64,000 bases of DNA from an uncultured virus (IMG/VR IMGVR_UViG_3300031963_009771) (taxonomy: Duplodnaviria; Heunggongvirae; Uroviricota; Caudoviricetes). Below, in pieces: positions 49,944-59,482 of this stretch. The notes under the pieces are model-generated. The model was not told the origin of the DNA and did no database searches. It saw only the letters and a list, made by a program, of their open reading frames with translations. A program made the translations under genes and the position numbers. The stretch is from positions 1-64,000 of IMG/VR virus record IMGVR_UViG_3300031963_009771. One strand, written 5' to 3'. Position 1 is the first letter of the stretch, and each line of letters opens with the position of its first letter.

Positions 49944-51104
49944 ATGAACATTTCTACATTAGTAGGGTTAAAAAATAATTTGGATTATTCTCAAAAATTC
50001 TACAAAAGGTTTAGAGAAATATATCCTAATGAAGAATTATGTTTTGTAAGTTATGGTTCTAACGATGGGACACATGAATGGTTGGATTCCCTAAACGATG
50101 TTAATCTAAAATACTTTTATTCAGATGATAAAAAAACATTTTCGGATACATTTAATAAGTGTGCCGAAATCGCTACAAAAGAATTCATAGTATTTTGTCA
50201 TAATGATATAGTGATGTTAGGGGGTTGGTTAGAAAATATAGAAAAACACCTTAACAAATCTACCGCAGTTTCATACACAACAATTGAACCTCCTATATTT
50301 GCGGGACATGATAGACCAGGTAAAATTATTAAAGATTTTGGGTTAGAGTTTGATGAGGTTGATTATGTAGGTTTAGAAAAATTTGTAAAAGAAACTCAAT
50401 CTCAATACAAAGATAAAACATCAAACGGTTCTGCATTTTTTATAGCCCAACATAGAGGTATATATCTTTCAATAGGTGGTATGGATAATTTATATTCACC
50501 GATGTTTTGTGAAGATGATGATATATTATATCGATTAGAATTATTAGGTATTAAAACTATTGTAAGTTTAGATAGTATTGTATATCATTTTGTTTCAAAG
50601 ACATCAAGATTTTCGGAAGAACATAAGAACAATACAAAGATTATAGAAAATAAATCTATACTTAATAAAGTTAGAAAATGGGGAAGATTGAGTTTAGATA
50701 AGAAATCTCACACATACGATGTTGGGTTAATTATATCAAATTGTAATGCTGAATTATTGAAAAGTGTTGAACCTTTCGTTTCTAATTTATATGTTGATTG
50801 TGATTTTATTAATGTGATAGGAGAGCAGCAAATAGATACAAAAATAAACTTATCCAAAAAAATTAAATCAATTAATTGTGTAAGAGAAAATGATATAATG
50901 ATACTGGTTAAAGATGTCACTAAATTCAATAATGATGATTTTTCTCTTTTAGCTAATATATCTTCATTTATTTCTAATGAGCAAGTGCGAGTTGGGAGCA
51001 CATTCGATTTTCAAAATTTTACATTTAATGTAAAGAATAAAAATACTTACGAACACAAATTAGTAAGTACAAAATCTGATTATTATTTAGACAAATGTAT
51101 TTAA
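49944..51104 (+). CDS. Glycosyltransferase family 2-like
   Basis: GSNDGT, HND, GGMD, EDDD, VYHFVSKTSR. Confidence 0.82.
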   Translation: MNISTLVGLKNNLDYSQKFYKRFREIYPNEELCFVSYGSNDGTHEWLDSLNDVNLKYFYSDDKKTFSDTFNKCAEIATKEFIVFCHNDIVMLGGWLENIEKHLNKSTAVSYTTIEPPIFAGHDRPGKIIKDFGLEFDEVDYVGLEKFVKETQSQYKDKTSNGSAFFIAQHRGIYLSIGGMDNLYSPMFCEDDDILYRLELLGIKTIVSLDSIVYHFVSKTSRFSEEHKNNTKIIENKSILNKVRKWGRLSLDKKSHTYDVGLIISNCNAELLKSVEPFVSNLYVDCDFINVIGEQQIDTKINLSKKIKSINCVRENDIMILVKDVTKFNNDDFSLLANISSFISNEQVRVGSTFDFQNFTFNVKNKNTYEHKLVSTKSDYYLDKCI

Positions 51105-51526
51105 TTTCTTTAAGAGGTAATATATTCGGTGTAGAAGAAAAAAAGGAAAATAAACCTTTTCAGATACAAGAAGTAATTAGAATGGGATTACATTGTTGGG
51201 TAGATGTTTGGTGGCATAATAATGAATTCTATTTAGGAACTAATGAACCCTACTATCCAATAAAGCCAACATTTTTGAATATGTTTGCTCTTTGGTGCAA
51301 TGCGAAAAACTTTGAAACTCTTATTAAATTAAAAGAACAACGAGCTCCACATTATTTTTATTATACCGGTGAGCCTACACTTACAAATACCGAACATTTT
51401 ATTACCGATACTCTTTTTGACGTAGGATTAGAGGATACTCTATTATTGACGGAAGATTATGATTCAATAAATCTACCTTTAAAAGGTATTATATCCGAAA
51501 ACATAGGTTCGTTTCAGATAAGTTAA
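51095..51526 (+). CDS. Phosphodiesterase (GDPD/PLC-like)-related protein, possibly degenerate
   Basis: ISLRGN, EN, VDVW, LWCNAKN: resembles H-R-G-N/H-x-K family but lacks the His residues. Confidence 0.45.
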   Translation: MYLISLRGNIFGVEEKKENKPFQIQEVIRMGLHCWVDVWWHNNEFYLGTNEPYYPIKPTFLNMFALWCNAKNFETLIKLKEQRAPHYFYYTGEPTLTNTEHFITDTLFDVGLEDTLLLTEDYDSINLPLKGIISENIGSFQIS

Positions 51527-51551
51527 AAAAGATAATCATATATTTATGTAT

Positions 51552-52304
51552 ATGAGTTGGTCTACCAAATACAAAAATAGTATTGATTGTGATAATCCAA
51601 AAGGATTTTCTCAAAAAGCACATTGTGCAGGTAGAGAAAAAAATGAAGATTTGGTATCAAATACAAAAAATAAAGTGATAAATTGGCTTGAAAAAACAAA
51701 GCATTTCGTAAAAAATAATTGGGAAGAATTTAAAAGTGCTACCGATAGGGAAAAGAAAGAAACAATAGTTGCTCTACATATATTCCAACGAATGATTATG
51801 GGAGAGGAAGTATCGGAAGCAGAAAAAAGATTTTTAAAATCACAATCTAAAGATGTTGTGAAAATACTATTTTTAGTTTCATTTAAGTTTGTTCCATCTC
51901 CAATTCCAATAACTCCTATAACAATTTATTTGGGTAAGAAAGTTGGTATTAATATATTACCATCATCACATTCACTTACGACAAATGAAGACCTTAGAAA
52001 ATGGTTTGGTAAAGGTAAGTGGGGTGGTAAAGGTGGCGGAGGCTGGGATAGATATAATAGTAAAGGAGAGAGAATAGGAAAATGTGGTGCAGGAGAAGAA
52101 GGAGAAGCCTATGCTGCATGTTTAAGTTCTGCAGCAGCAGATAAATTAGGTAAAAAAGGTAGAGCTAATTTTGTTAATAGAAAGAGAGCCGCGCAAAAAG
52201 CCGGAGGAGATGCTAAAAAAGGCGGTGAAAAGACAGATGGTGATAAGCCAATAAGAGTAAGATGGGATAAAAGTGGTAAAAAAGATTTCAACCCTCCCGC
52301 ATAG
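51552..52304 (+). CDS. Mosaic hypothetical protein (probable virion-associated)
   Basis: Modules WSTKYKNSIDC..PKGFSQKAHC / hydrophobic middle / EDLRKWF...C, separated by NE linkers. Confidence 0.7.
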   Translation: MSWSTKYKNSIDCDNPKGFSQKAHCAGREKNEDLVSNTKNKVINWLEKTKHFVKNNWEEFKSATDREKKETIVALHIFQRMIMGEEVSEAEKRFLKSQSKDVVKILFLVSFKFVPSPIPITPITIYLGKKVGINILPSSHSLTTNEDLRKWFGKGKWGGKGGGGWDRYNSKGERIGKCGAGEEGEAYAACLSSAAADKLGKKGRANFVNRKRAAQKAGGDAKKGGEKTDGDKPIRVRWDKSGKKDFNPPA

Positions 52305-52337
52305 TTCTAATATAAAAAAGATATATTTATATACAAT

Positions 52338-53258
52338 ATGAATATGAAAGAAAATATTACTTTATTTTTGGAAAAGAATGTTCCCACTAACCCCTCAAAG
52401 TGGCAATACTATGTATCACAGGCAAAGAAGAAATTCGATGTTTACCCATCTGCGTATGCTAATGGTTGGGCTGCCAAACAATACAAAGCGGCCGGAGGAG
52501 GTTGGAAAACCGAAGGAGAAGAACCTCAGCATGTTGCGCAAGGTTTACCACAAACAAAAGAATTAAAGGGGAAGTTGATTGGTGAAAAGCTGATGACCTA
52601 CTTTAATGAAATTGGGTTAAAACACGCTCTTTATCAAAACGAAAATGGAGATATAAAGGTAATAGGATTAAATAAGGAGCAGGTAAAAGAGGCGATAAAT
52701 AAAGTAGTAGAGGGATATAAAAATCTAAAGGAATCAGAGCAAGGTGATAAAATACAAAACCTTAATAATAGAATAAAAGCATTACAAAGTAAACTTTCAG
52801 CTACAAAATCACCTGAACAAAAAAAATTATTTCAAGACCGATTAAAAAATGCATTACAAACCCTTTCAAATTACAAAAAAGGGTATGGTATTAAAGCACC
52901 GCATACTGAAGGATTGCCAGGAGGTATAGGAACAGGATTATCTTTACCTAATGGATATATTAATGGAGCACCTTCGGAAGATGATGTGAATAAGATGAAG
53001 GATAAGTTAGGTAGAAATGAAGCAAATGATAAAGAGGGTTCTATACTTGATACTTTAAAAAATATAGTAGATTCCCATTCGGCAGCAAAAGTAAAAGACC
53101 AAAAAACCGGACAAACAATGTTGGTGGATGTTCAAACCGCTAATGCAATTCTACATATTTACAATGGATTATCTAATGTGAATAAGGAGAATATGTTAAA
53201 AATGGGATTAAAGAAAATGGCAGAAGTGTCATATAAAATATTAAGCAAATATAAGTAG
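52338..53258 (+). CDS. Mosaic hypothetical protein (probable virion-associated)
   Basis: KFDVYPSAYANGWAAKQYK module plus further modules after xxE linkers; TATTTATA at 52324. Confidence 0.7.
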   Translation: MNMKENITLFLEKNVPTNPSKWQYYVSQAKKKFDVYPSAYANGWAAKQYKAAGGGWKTEGEEPQHVAQGLPQTKELKGKLIGEKLMTYFNEIGLKHALYQNENGDIKVIGLNKEQVKEAINKVVEGYKNLKESEQGDKIQNLNNRIKALQSKLSATKSPEQKKLFQDRLKNALQTLSNYKKGYGIKAPHTEGLPGGIGTGLSLPNGYINGAPSEDDVNKMKDKLGRNEANDKEGSILDTLKNIVDSHSAAKVKDQKTGQTMLVDVQTANAILHIYNGLSNVNKENMLKMGLKKMAEVSYKILSKYK

Positions 53259-53262
53259 TATT

Positions 53263-54354
53263 ATGAATATGAATCTTAAAGAATTGATGAAAGGTATGGG
53301 TGTTCAGCCAGGACAGGTTGTTTCTAACCCTTATGCAAGAGCATTTCAACCACAAGTTGAGACCGTTGTAAAAGAGGAGGAAGATCACGAAGTTTCAATG
53401 GCTCAAAGTTCATTGGATACTATCATTAAGATGGCAACTGAATTAAAAGCCAAAATGGGTGAAAACGAAAAGGATATACCTGCTTGGATTCAAGACCATA
53501 TTACTAATGCAGAAAACTTCATTTCACAGGCATCATCAAACTATCATGAATATGGAACAAACGAAATTAAGTTTGATGAAATTAGAGTTTTATCTAAAGA
53601 AGAATTTTTAAAAGAAGGTAAATTTAAAAAAGATGATTTAGTTTACAATAAAAGAACTAAAACAGTTGGTATTGTAAGATTGGGAGATGATAAGTATGGT
53701 GAGGTAAAAACTGATGCGGATGGTAATGTTAATGTTGATGAATTGGAAAAATACAATCCGATTAAACACAAACATCAGCAAAACGCAAAAGTTGCACCAT
53801 CTACTGAAAAAGAAGTAAATAGTAGAGGATTGTTTAACCCATTTAAATCAGAATCACTAAAAGAATTTCAAACCGGGTTTTCTGATAAAAAAGTTGATGG
53901 CAAAGTTATTGCAGATAGAATGAGAAAACATTCTGAAACGAAAGGTTTTGCGGATAAAGTTGAAAAATTAAAAGCCGTTTCTCCACAAGATTTGGATAAG
54001 ATGTTACCTGATTATGTACCAGGTAGTGTAATCAATAAACTATTTAAAGAATCAGTAGGGCGAAGATTAACTGATATAGTTCATTCAATTGTAGAAACAC
54101 CCGTAATAGGTAAACCAATTCATTCTAGAGTAGAGGAAGCAAAAAAATATGACATCGGTTCTGGATATATGGGAAACGGTTTAACAATATGGAATAGAGC
54201 GGAAGAAGAACATGGTGATTACAAAATTATTGCACATATTTCCCCACAAGGTTCATTAACAATTAGAGATAAAGAATTACCTTCCGATTTAAAGAAGACG
54301 TTTCAAATTTGGGCTGATTCAATGAAAAAGGGCAATATGGGCCCAAAATATTAA
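53263..54354 (+). CDS. Mosaic hypothetical protein (probable virion-associated)
   Basis: DHEVSMA...PAWIQDHIT module; VKEE, LKEG, ESLKE, VEEA linkers. Confidence 0.7.
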   Translation: MNMNLKELMKGMGVQPGQVVSNPYARAFQPQVETVVKEEEDHEVSMAQSSLDTIIKMATELKAKMGENEKDIPAWIQDHITNAENFISQASSNYHEYGTNEIKFDEIRVLSKEEFLKEGKFKKDDLVYNKRTKTVGIVRLGDDKYGEVKTDADGNVNVDELEKYNPIKHKHQQNAKVAPSTEKEVNSRGLFNPFKSESLKEFQTGFSDKKVDGKVIADRMRKHSETKGFADKVEKLKAVSPQDLDKMLPDYVPGSVINKLFKESVGRRLTDIVHSIVETPVIGKPIHSRVEEAKKYDIGSGYMGNGLTIWNRAEEEHGDYKIIAHISPQGSLTIRDKELPSDLKKTFQIWADSMKKGNMGPKY

Positions 54355-54360
54355 TCGATT

Positions 54361-54672
54361 ATGGAAAACGTATATTCAGTATTAATCACAGCAATTACCG
54401 TATTAGGGGGGACATCTGCTTGGAGATACTATGAAAAAAGAGCTGAAAAAAAAGATAAAGATGAAGATTTTATTAAGCACGATTGCAGAGATAGAATTTC
54501 AAAATTAGAAGCACTTTTAGCAGAATCTTCAAAGGAGAAAGAACAACTTCGTCAAATGATTTTAGATTTAACATCAAAAGTTGCAGAGCTTAAAGTGACA
54601 GTTGATTTTTTAAGAGTTGAAAATGAGGAGTTGAGTAAAAAGGCTAGAACCAAAAAAGTGATTAATGGCTAA
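54361..54672 (+). CDS. Membrane-anchored coiled-coil protein (holin/spanin-like?)
   Basis: N-terminal TM segment followed by heptad coiled coil. Confidence 0.5.
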   Translation: MENVYSVLITAITVLGGTSAWRYYEKRAEKKDKDEDFIKHDCRDRISKLEALLAESSKEKEQLRQMILDLTSKVAELKVTVDFLRVENEELSKKARTKKVING

Positions 54673-55196
54673 TGATAGCAAGAAGTTTATTTGTAGAAGA
54701 CAAAAAGTTAAGAGTATTTGATTTTGATGATACCCTCGTCAAAACATCTTCCTATATCTATATCACACATAAAGATGGTAAGAAATCTAAATTAACACCT
54801 GGACAATACGCAGTATATAAAGAAAAGCCGGGAGATGAGTTTGATTTTAGAGATTTCGAAAAAGTAAAAAATCCAATTAAAATTAAAGCCTATTTTGAAT
54901 TATTAAGAAGAATGGTAAGAGATTCTTCAAGAGCGGTTTATATCCTTACTGCTCGTGCGGCCTATAAACCCGTATATGATTTTATTAAGGATAGTGGTAT
55001 TAAGGATGTGTTTGTAGTAGCATTAGGTGATAATAATCCTGAAACAAAAGCGGATTGGATTGAAAGGGAAATAAAAAATCACGGATATGATAATGTTTAT
55101 TTCGTAGATGATTCTTCTAAAAATGTTGATGCAGTAAGAAGAAGATTAAACAAGTATCCCAATATTAGAAAAAAGATTCAATTGGTTCAAGGATGA
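54672..55196 (+). CDS. HAD-superfamily phosphatase
   Basis: FDFDDTL, ILTAR, K, FVDDS..N. Confidence 0.85.
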   Translation: MIARSLFVEDKKLRVFDFDDTLVKTSSYIYITHKDGKKSKLTPGQYAVYKEKPGDEFDFRDFEKVKNPIKIKAYFELLRRMVRDSSRAVYILTARAAYKPVYDFIKDSGIKDVFVVALGDNNPETKADWIEREIKNHGYDNVYFVDDSSKNVDAVRRRLNKYPNIRKKIQLVQG

Positions 55197-55891
55197 TAAA
55201 AGAAATAGAAGAGAATGGCTGTTATTTCGGTCATTTATCTGAAATAAATCCATCTTTATTAAATAAGTTGGAAAAACTAAACCCACTCCTAAATAGAGAA
55301 TTTTATACAAGAGTAACTCATTCTTATTTTGGGAACTCTTCCGATAAAATAGAAAGTACTACCGTCTCAACATTCAAAGAGGCCGAAATAATTAAAAACG
55401 ATTGGTTAAAAAGAAAATACAAAGATAGAGTTTGGCAAATATTCTATACATTTAATAATGAGAATAATGAAGGTTCAAAAATTTTATCCGAGTTGATACC
55501 TGATATAAGAGAATTATTTTCTGAAATTATAACATATTGTTATGGTGAGGAAACTTTGGATAGAATTTGGGAAATCAATAGAAATCTAATAAATGTAACA
55601 AATTTTACCAAAGATTGTTACATAGATAATCACGCAGATGGTGGGAATCCTAATATGGTTTGTAATATTCTTATATATTTAAATAAAGATTGGGTAGATG
55701 GAGATGGATGTGAATTAGTGATAGGTAATAAATTCAAACAACAACCTAAATGGGGTAATTTTGCGGTTTTAGATTTTGTTAAACATAATCCTTCTCATTC
55801 GGTGACACCTTATTTATCGGAAAATAATAACAGATTTGCAGTGCTTACAGGAGTATTAACCAAAGAAAATAACTTTATTTACAATAGTTAA
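55193..55891 (+). CDS. 2OG-Fe(II) oxygenase
   Basis: HAD, LIYLNKDW..GDG.EL, HSV, R. Confidence 0.8.
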   Translation: MIKEIEENGCYFGHLSEINPSLLNKLEKLNPLLNREFYTRVTHSYFGNSSDKIESTTVSTFKEAEIIKNDWLKRKYKDRVWQIFYTFNNENNEGSKILSELIPDIRELFSEIITYCYGEETLDRIWEINRNLINVTNFTKDCYIDNHADGGNPNMVCNILIYLNKDWVDGDGCELVIGNKFKQQPKWGNFAVLDFVKHNPSHSVTPYLSENNNRFAVLTGVLTKENNFIYNS

Positions 55892-55921
55892 TATTTATAT
55901 ATAAATCTAAAATAACAAAAA

Positions 55922-56179
55922 ATGACTATTTCAGAATTCAAAATAGAAAATCACAAAAGCATTACAGCAGAAATCGCAGAATCAATGCAATTATTTGATG
56001 GAACTTATGCTAACGAAGGTGATAAATTAATAGATGCGATGTTGGTAAATGAAGATGGAGCAGAATCTCTAATTCATATGACACCGAATCAAATAGATAG
56101 TTTTATTATTGTGGAAGATGAAGAATACGATATATTCTTACCTCTATCAGAGCAAAAATTTAAAGTAAAATTAAAATAA
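55922..56179 (+). CDS. Small acidic protein, paralog A
   Basis: MTISEFKIEN...IDA...QKFKVKLK; similar to next ORF. Confidence 0.7.
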   Translation: MTISEFKIENHKSITAEIAESMQLFDGTYANEGDKLIDAMLVNEDGAESLIHMTPNQIDSFIIVEDEEYDIFLPLSEQKFKVKLK

Positions 56180-56180
56180 G

Positions 56181-56456
56181 ATGAAAGTATCTGAATGGAA
56201 ATTAGAAAATGCGGTGACAATTGATGATGAAAACATAGTATTTTTATCTGAAATTGAATTAGTAACCAAAAACCCATTAGTTAAAGGGGCAAAGTTTATT
56301 GATGCAATTTTTGATGATAAATATGCCCCATTAGATGGTGCTACTATATATTTTATGGATACTGAATTGGGATTATTTGAAATCACCGAAGATCCAGAAT
56401 GGGATGATTCATTGGAAGTAGCCATTCAAAATTTTAAAGTAAAACTTAAAAATTAA
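56181..56456 (+). CDS. Small acidic protein, paralog B
   Basis: MKVSEWKLEN...IDA...QNFKVKLK. Confidence 0.7.
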   Translation: MKVSEWKLENAVTIDDENIVFLSEIELVTKNPLVKGAKFIDAIFDDKYAPLDGATIYFMDTELGLFEITEDPEWDDSLEVAIQNFKVKLKN

Positions 56457-56460
56457 TCAA

Positions 56461-58464
56461 ATGCCAGCAGTATCGAAAGCACAACAAAGATTTATGGGTA
56501 TGGTTCACGCTACTCAAAAAGGTGATATGGAAGCACCATCGAAAGAAGTGGAAAAGGTAGCGGATACTATGAAAAAAGTTGATGCGAAAGATTTTGCATC
56601 CACAAAGCATAAAGGATTGCCAACACACGTTAAAGAAAGATTAAAAGAAATCATAAGAGGTGTATTGAGAGCGGAAGGTGCATTTGGCTCAGTAATAGGT
56701 GGACCAGAAGATGGTAGAAACCTAACTGAAATGTCACCTAATGATACACATTTTAAAGGTATAATGGCAATGTATGATAAAGGTGGTTCATTTGCTAAGA
56801 AAAAAGTAGGAGCAGCCGTATCTAAAAACCCAAATGCAAGTAGAAATCAAATTATAGATGATTTAAAGGATTTAGATTATCATGAAATTTTAGACGCAGA
56901 AGCTCAGTTAGGATTAGATGAAACCATAATGGAAGAATTTAAACATGTTATTCATGTGGATACTCCAACTCAGGTAGTATCTAAACCAATTGCGGCACAA
57001 ATTATGGCATTGGCTAAAAAAGGTGTTCGTTCAAATGAAATTGGATTAGAAATGGGATTTGTTGGAAACCAAAAAGCAGCAACCGATGCATTCCAAAAAG
57101 TTAAAAATCAGATATACTTTGCATTAGATAAAAGAAATGAATCGGTAAACGAAGGTAAACTTGGAGATACTTGGAGAAAAAATAATAAAAAAGGATTCGT
57201 TCTTAAAGTAGGTAATATAGAACTTAAATCAGCAGGGCCTTCAAACTCACATGATATACTTGTAGACCGTATGCCGTGGGGAACTTTTATGATGGATTAT
57301 GAAGCCGGTGGGGATGATTGGTGGGTAAAACCATTAAGAGGAAAAGATTTTTGGGTAGATTCAATTGATGATTTAGTAAAAAAAATAAAAGGTGATTCAC
57401 GAATTAAAGAATCAGTAAACGAGGCATTTAATGTAAGAGATTTACCAACTTGGCTATTTGATGACCCAGTTGATTTTGAAGATTGGTACGAAGATGGAAT
57501 GAAACTAGATAAAGGTAAAGGTAAACTTGCTCCATTTAGTAGTTCCGATGAGAAAAAACTATTTCAGTTAGTTGGAATATGGCAGGATTCTGAAGGTGAT
57601 TATCAATTCGGAAGAGGAGATTACGGAACTGGTAAAACTACTGGTGCCCGTTCTGCTTCTTATACCGCACAAGATGATATTAAAAAGTTCTTAACTCAAA
57701 AGGGAAAAGTTGTTGATGAATCATTAAGTGAAGCAAAATATCCAACCGATTTAAAAGTAGGTTCGGTAATTATGGGGCAAGGATTTACTAGATTAAAAGG
57801 TATTGATGGTGGTAAATACTATAAGATTGTTGCTATGGATGATACTACAGCAACATTAGTTCCATCGGATAAAAGTGGTAATGTAAAAGGTTCATCAAAA
57901 GTTAGACATAAATTGGATTCAATTGAAGGTGGTATCAAAACTGCCAAAAGAGGTGATGAAAATGGAATTGTCGTAATCAAAGAATCAGTAAACGAAGGAT
58001 GGGCATCCGGCCCTTATGTTGGTCTTGAAATGACACCAACAGGGCCTAAACTAGTTAAGACATTTAGTTCGGGTAGTCAAGCATACGCATGGGTAATGAA
58101 AGCTGGCGGTGGACATAGTATAATGACTAAAAAACAATGGAATTTGGAGGAATCAATAACTGAAGGTAAACTTGGAGATGATTGTGGATGTAACGAAAAT
58201 CACGATTGTGGATGCGGTGGAGTACATGAGCATAAACATATACATGAAGATTTATCAGCAGATGCAAATGGTATAGCAGGTTTAACTGCTTCAAGAGCAA
58301 GTGCAGTTAAGGGCTTTTTAGAGAAAAATAATATAGATTCAAACAAACTATATCTATTTTTGAAAAAGGGTAATTTAAAAGATAGAATGGATTTTGTAAC
58401 GGCATTAGTTGGAAAACCAGGTAATCCTATTCAAAAAAAGGTAATATCGCAATTTAGTAAGTAA
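56461..58464 (+). CDS. Modular protein with DUF3008-like N-terminus and ESVNE-delimited modules (putative virion cargo polyprotein)
   Basis: MPAVSKAQQRFMGMV...FASTKHKGLP; ESVNE x3, ESLSE, ESITE linkers. Confidence 0.75.
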   Translation: MPAVSKAQQRFMGMVHATQKGDMEAPSKEVEKVADTMKKVDAKDFASTKHKGLPTHVKERLKEIIRGVLRAEGAFGSVIGGPEDGRNLTEMSPNDTHFKGIMAMYDKGGSFAKKKVGAAVSKNPNASRNQIIDDLKDLDYHEILDAEAQLGLDETIMEEFKHVIHVDTPTQVVSKPIAAQIMALAKKGVRSNEIGLEMGFVGNQKAATDAFQKVKNQIYFALDKRNESVNEGKLGDTWRKNNKKGFVLKVGNIELKSAGPSNSHDILVDRMPWGTFMMDYEAGGDDWWVKPLRGKDFWVDSIDDLVKKIKGDSRIKESVNEAFNVRDLPTWLFDDPVDFEDWYEDGMKLDKGKGKLAPFSSSDEKKLFQLVGIWQDSEGDYQFGRGDYGTGKTTGARSASYTAQDDIKKFLTQKGKVVDESLSEAKYPTDLKVGSVIMGQGFTRLKGIDGGKYYKIVAMDDTTATLVPSDKSGNVKGSSKVRHKLDSIEGGIKTAKRGDENGIVVIKESVNEGWASGPYVGLEMTPTGPKLVKTFSSGSQAYAWVMKAGGGHSIMTKKQWNLEESITEGKLGDDCGCNENHDCGCGGVHEHKHIHEDLSADANGIAGLTASRASAVKGFLEKNNIDSNKLYLFLKKGNLKDRMDFVTALVGKPGNPIQKKVISQFSK

Positions 58465-58465
58465 G

Positions 58466-58759
58466 ATGAAACTAAAAGAATTATTAAAAGTAAAAAACAT
58501 TTCAGAAGCTAAATTAAATGAAGCATCTGAAATTGAATTTAAAGAATTGGATTCTACTAAACAAAAGCAAGTTCAACAATTTGTAAAGTTTTTTGGTGGT
58601 AAGATTAATACAATTTGGGATGGTATTCATGGTAACATCGTTGATATCAAAATGTCAGAGAAAAATTGGAGAATGGATACACAAGATTTAAAAGATTTAA
58701 TTTCTTTAAAAATTAGATGGATAGAATTTGATAATCAAACAGTCTCAATAGGATTCTAA
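58466..58759 (+). CDS. Hypothetical protein with MKLKELL..ISE..LNE leader
   Basis: 97-aa ORF. Confidence 0.7.
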   Translation: MKLKELLKVKNISEAKLNEASEIEFKELDSTKQKQVQQFVKFFGGKINTIWDGIHGNIVDIKMSEKNWRMDTQDLKDLISLKIRWIEFDNQTVSIGF

Positions 58760-58773
58760 ACAATAGAAATAAA

Positions 58774-59472
58774 ATGAAATTAAAAAATATATTAACAGAA
58801 TCAGCTACATTTAACAAAAAAGTAAAAAGTGATTTAGATTCTTATTTAAAGGATTTTAAAGCGGGCACTCCAACTCATCAATGGGCTGTTAAAGAGATAC
58901 TAAAAGCTGCTTTAACTGATGCTAATTTTCATAGTGAAGTTAAAAAAGTAGATTCAATGTTCCCTAAAGCAAAATATGAGGGAGATTCGAAGAGTGAAAC
59001 ATCATACCAAAATGCAGTAGAGAGGAAGGGTATGGAAATTGCAAATAAAGCAAAATGGGACGGATATGAAATTATAGATGCTATATCGTTTTATACATCA
59101 ATGACAATTGGTCATCCACTTGGTCAAAAAGTATCTTCCTTAAAAGAAAATGTATTTACTAAAAATAAAGTTGAATCTAAATTGACACTTAAGGGTGCAA
59201 TGAGCGAAGCAAAATCTGATTATGAAGTATATCACAAATCATATACATCAGCTATTGAAGCTGCGAGAGCTTATGCTGAAAAAAAGGGATTTGAAATTAA
59301 TAATGATGATGCGTTTTCAAAAATAGGTGTTGGGCCAAAGAAACCATCAGAAGGAAAAACAAATAGATTTTCTATTGAATTGCTGAGAGGCGGAAAAGAA
59401 CAAAGAAAACAACTGCATATTCAGGTTTATGGTATGAAAAATGGATATGAATTAAATGCTTATATAGGATAA
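58774..59472 (+). CDS. Two-module hypothetical protein with MKLKNILTE leader
   Basis: Second module YHKSY...LHIQVYGM..YELNAY after AMSE linker. Confidence 0.7.
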   Translation: MKLKNILTESATFNKKVKSDLDSYLKDFKAGTPTHQWAVKEILKAALTDANFHSEVKKVDSMFPKAKYEGDSKSETSYQNAVERKGMEIANKAKWDGYEIIDAISFYTSMTIGHPLGQKVSSLKENVFTKNKVESKLTLKGAMSEAKSDYEVYHKSYTSAIEAARAYAEKKGFEINNDDAFSKIGVGPKKPSEGKTNRFSIELLRGGKEQRKQLHIQVYGMKNGYELNAYIG

Positions 59473-59482
59473 ATTAAGTTAA

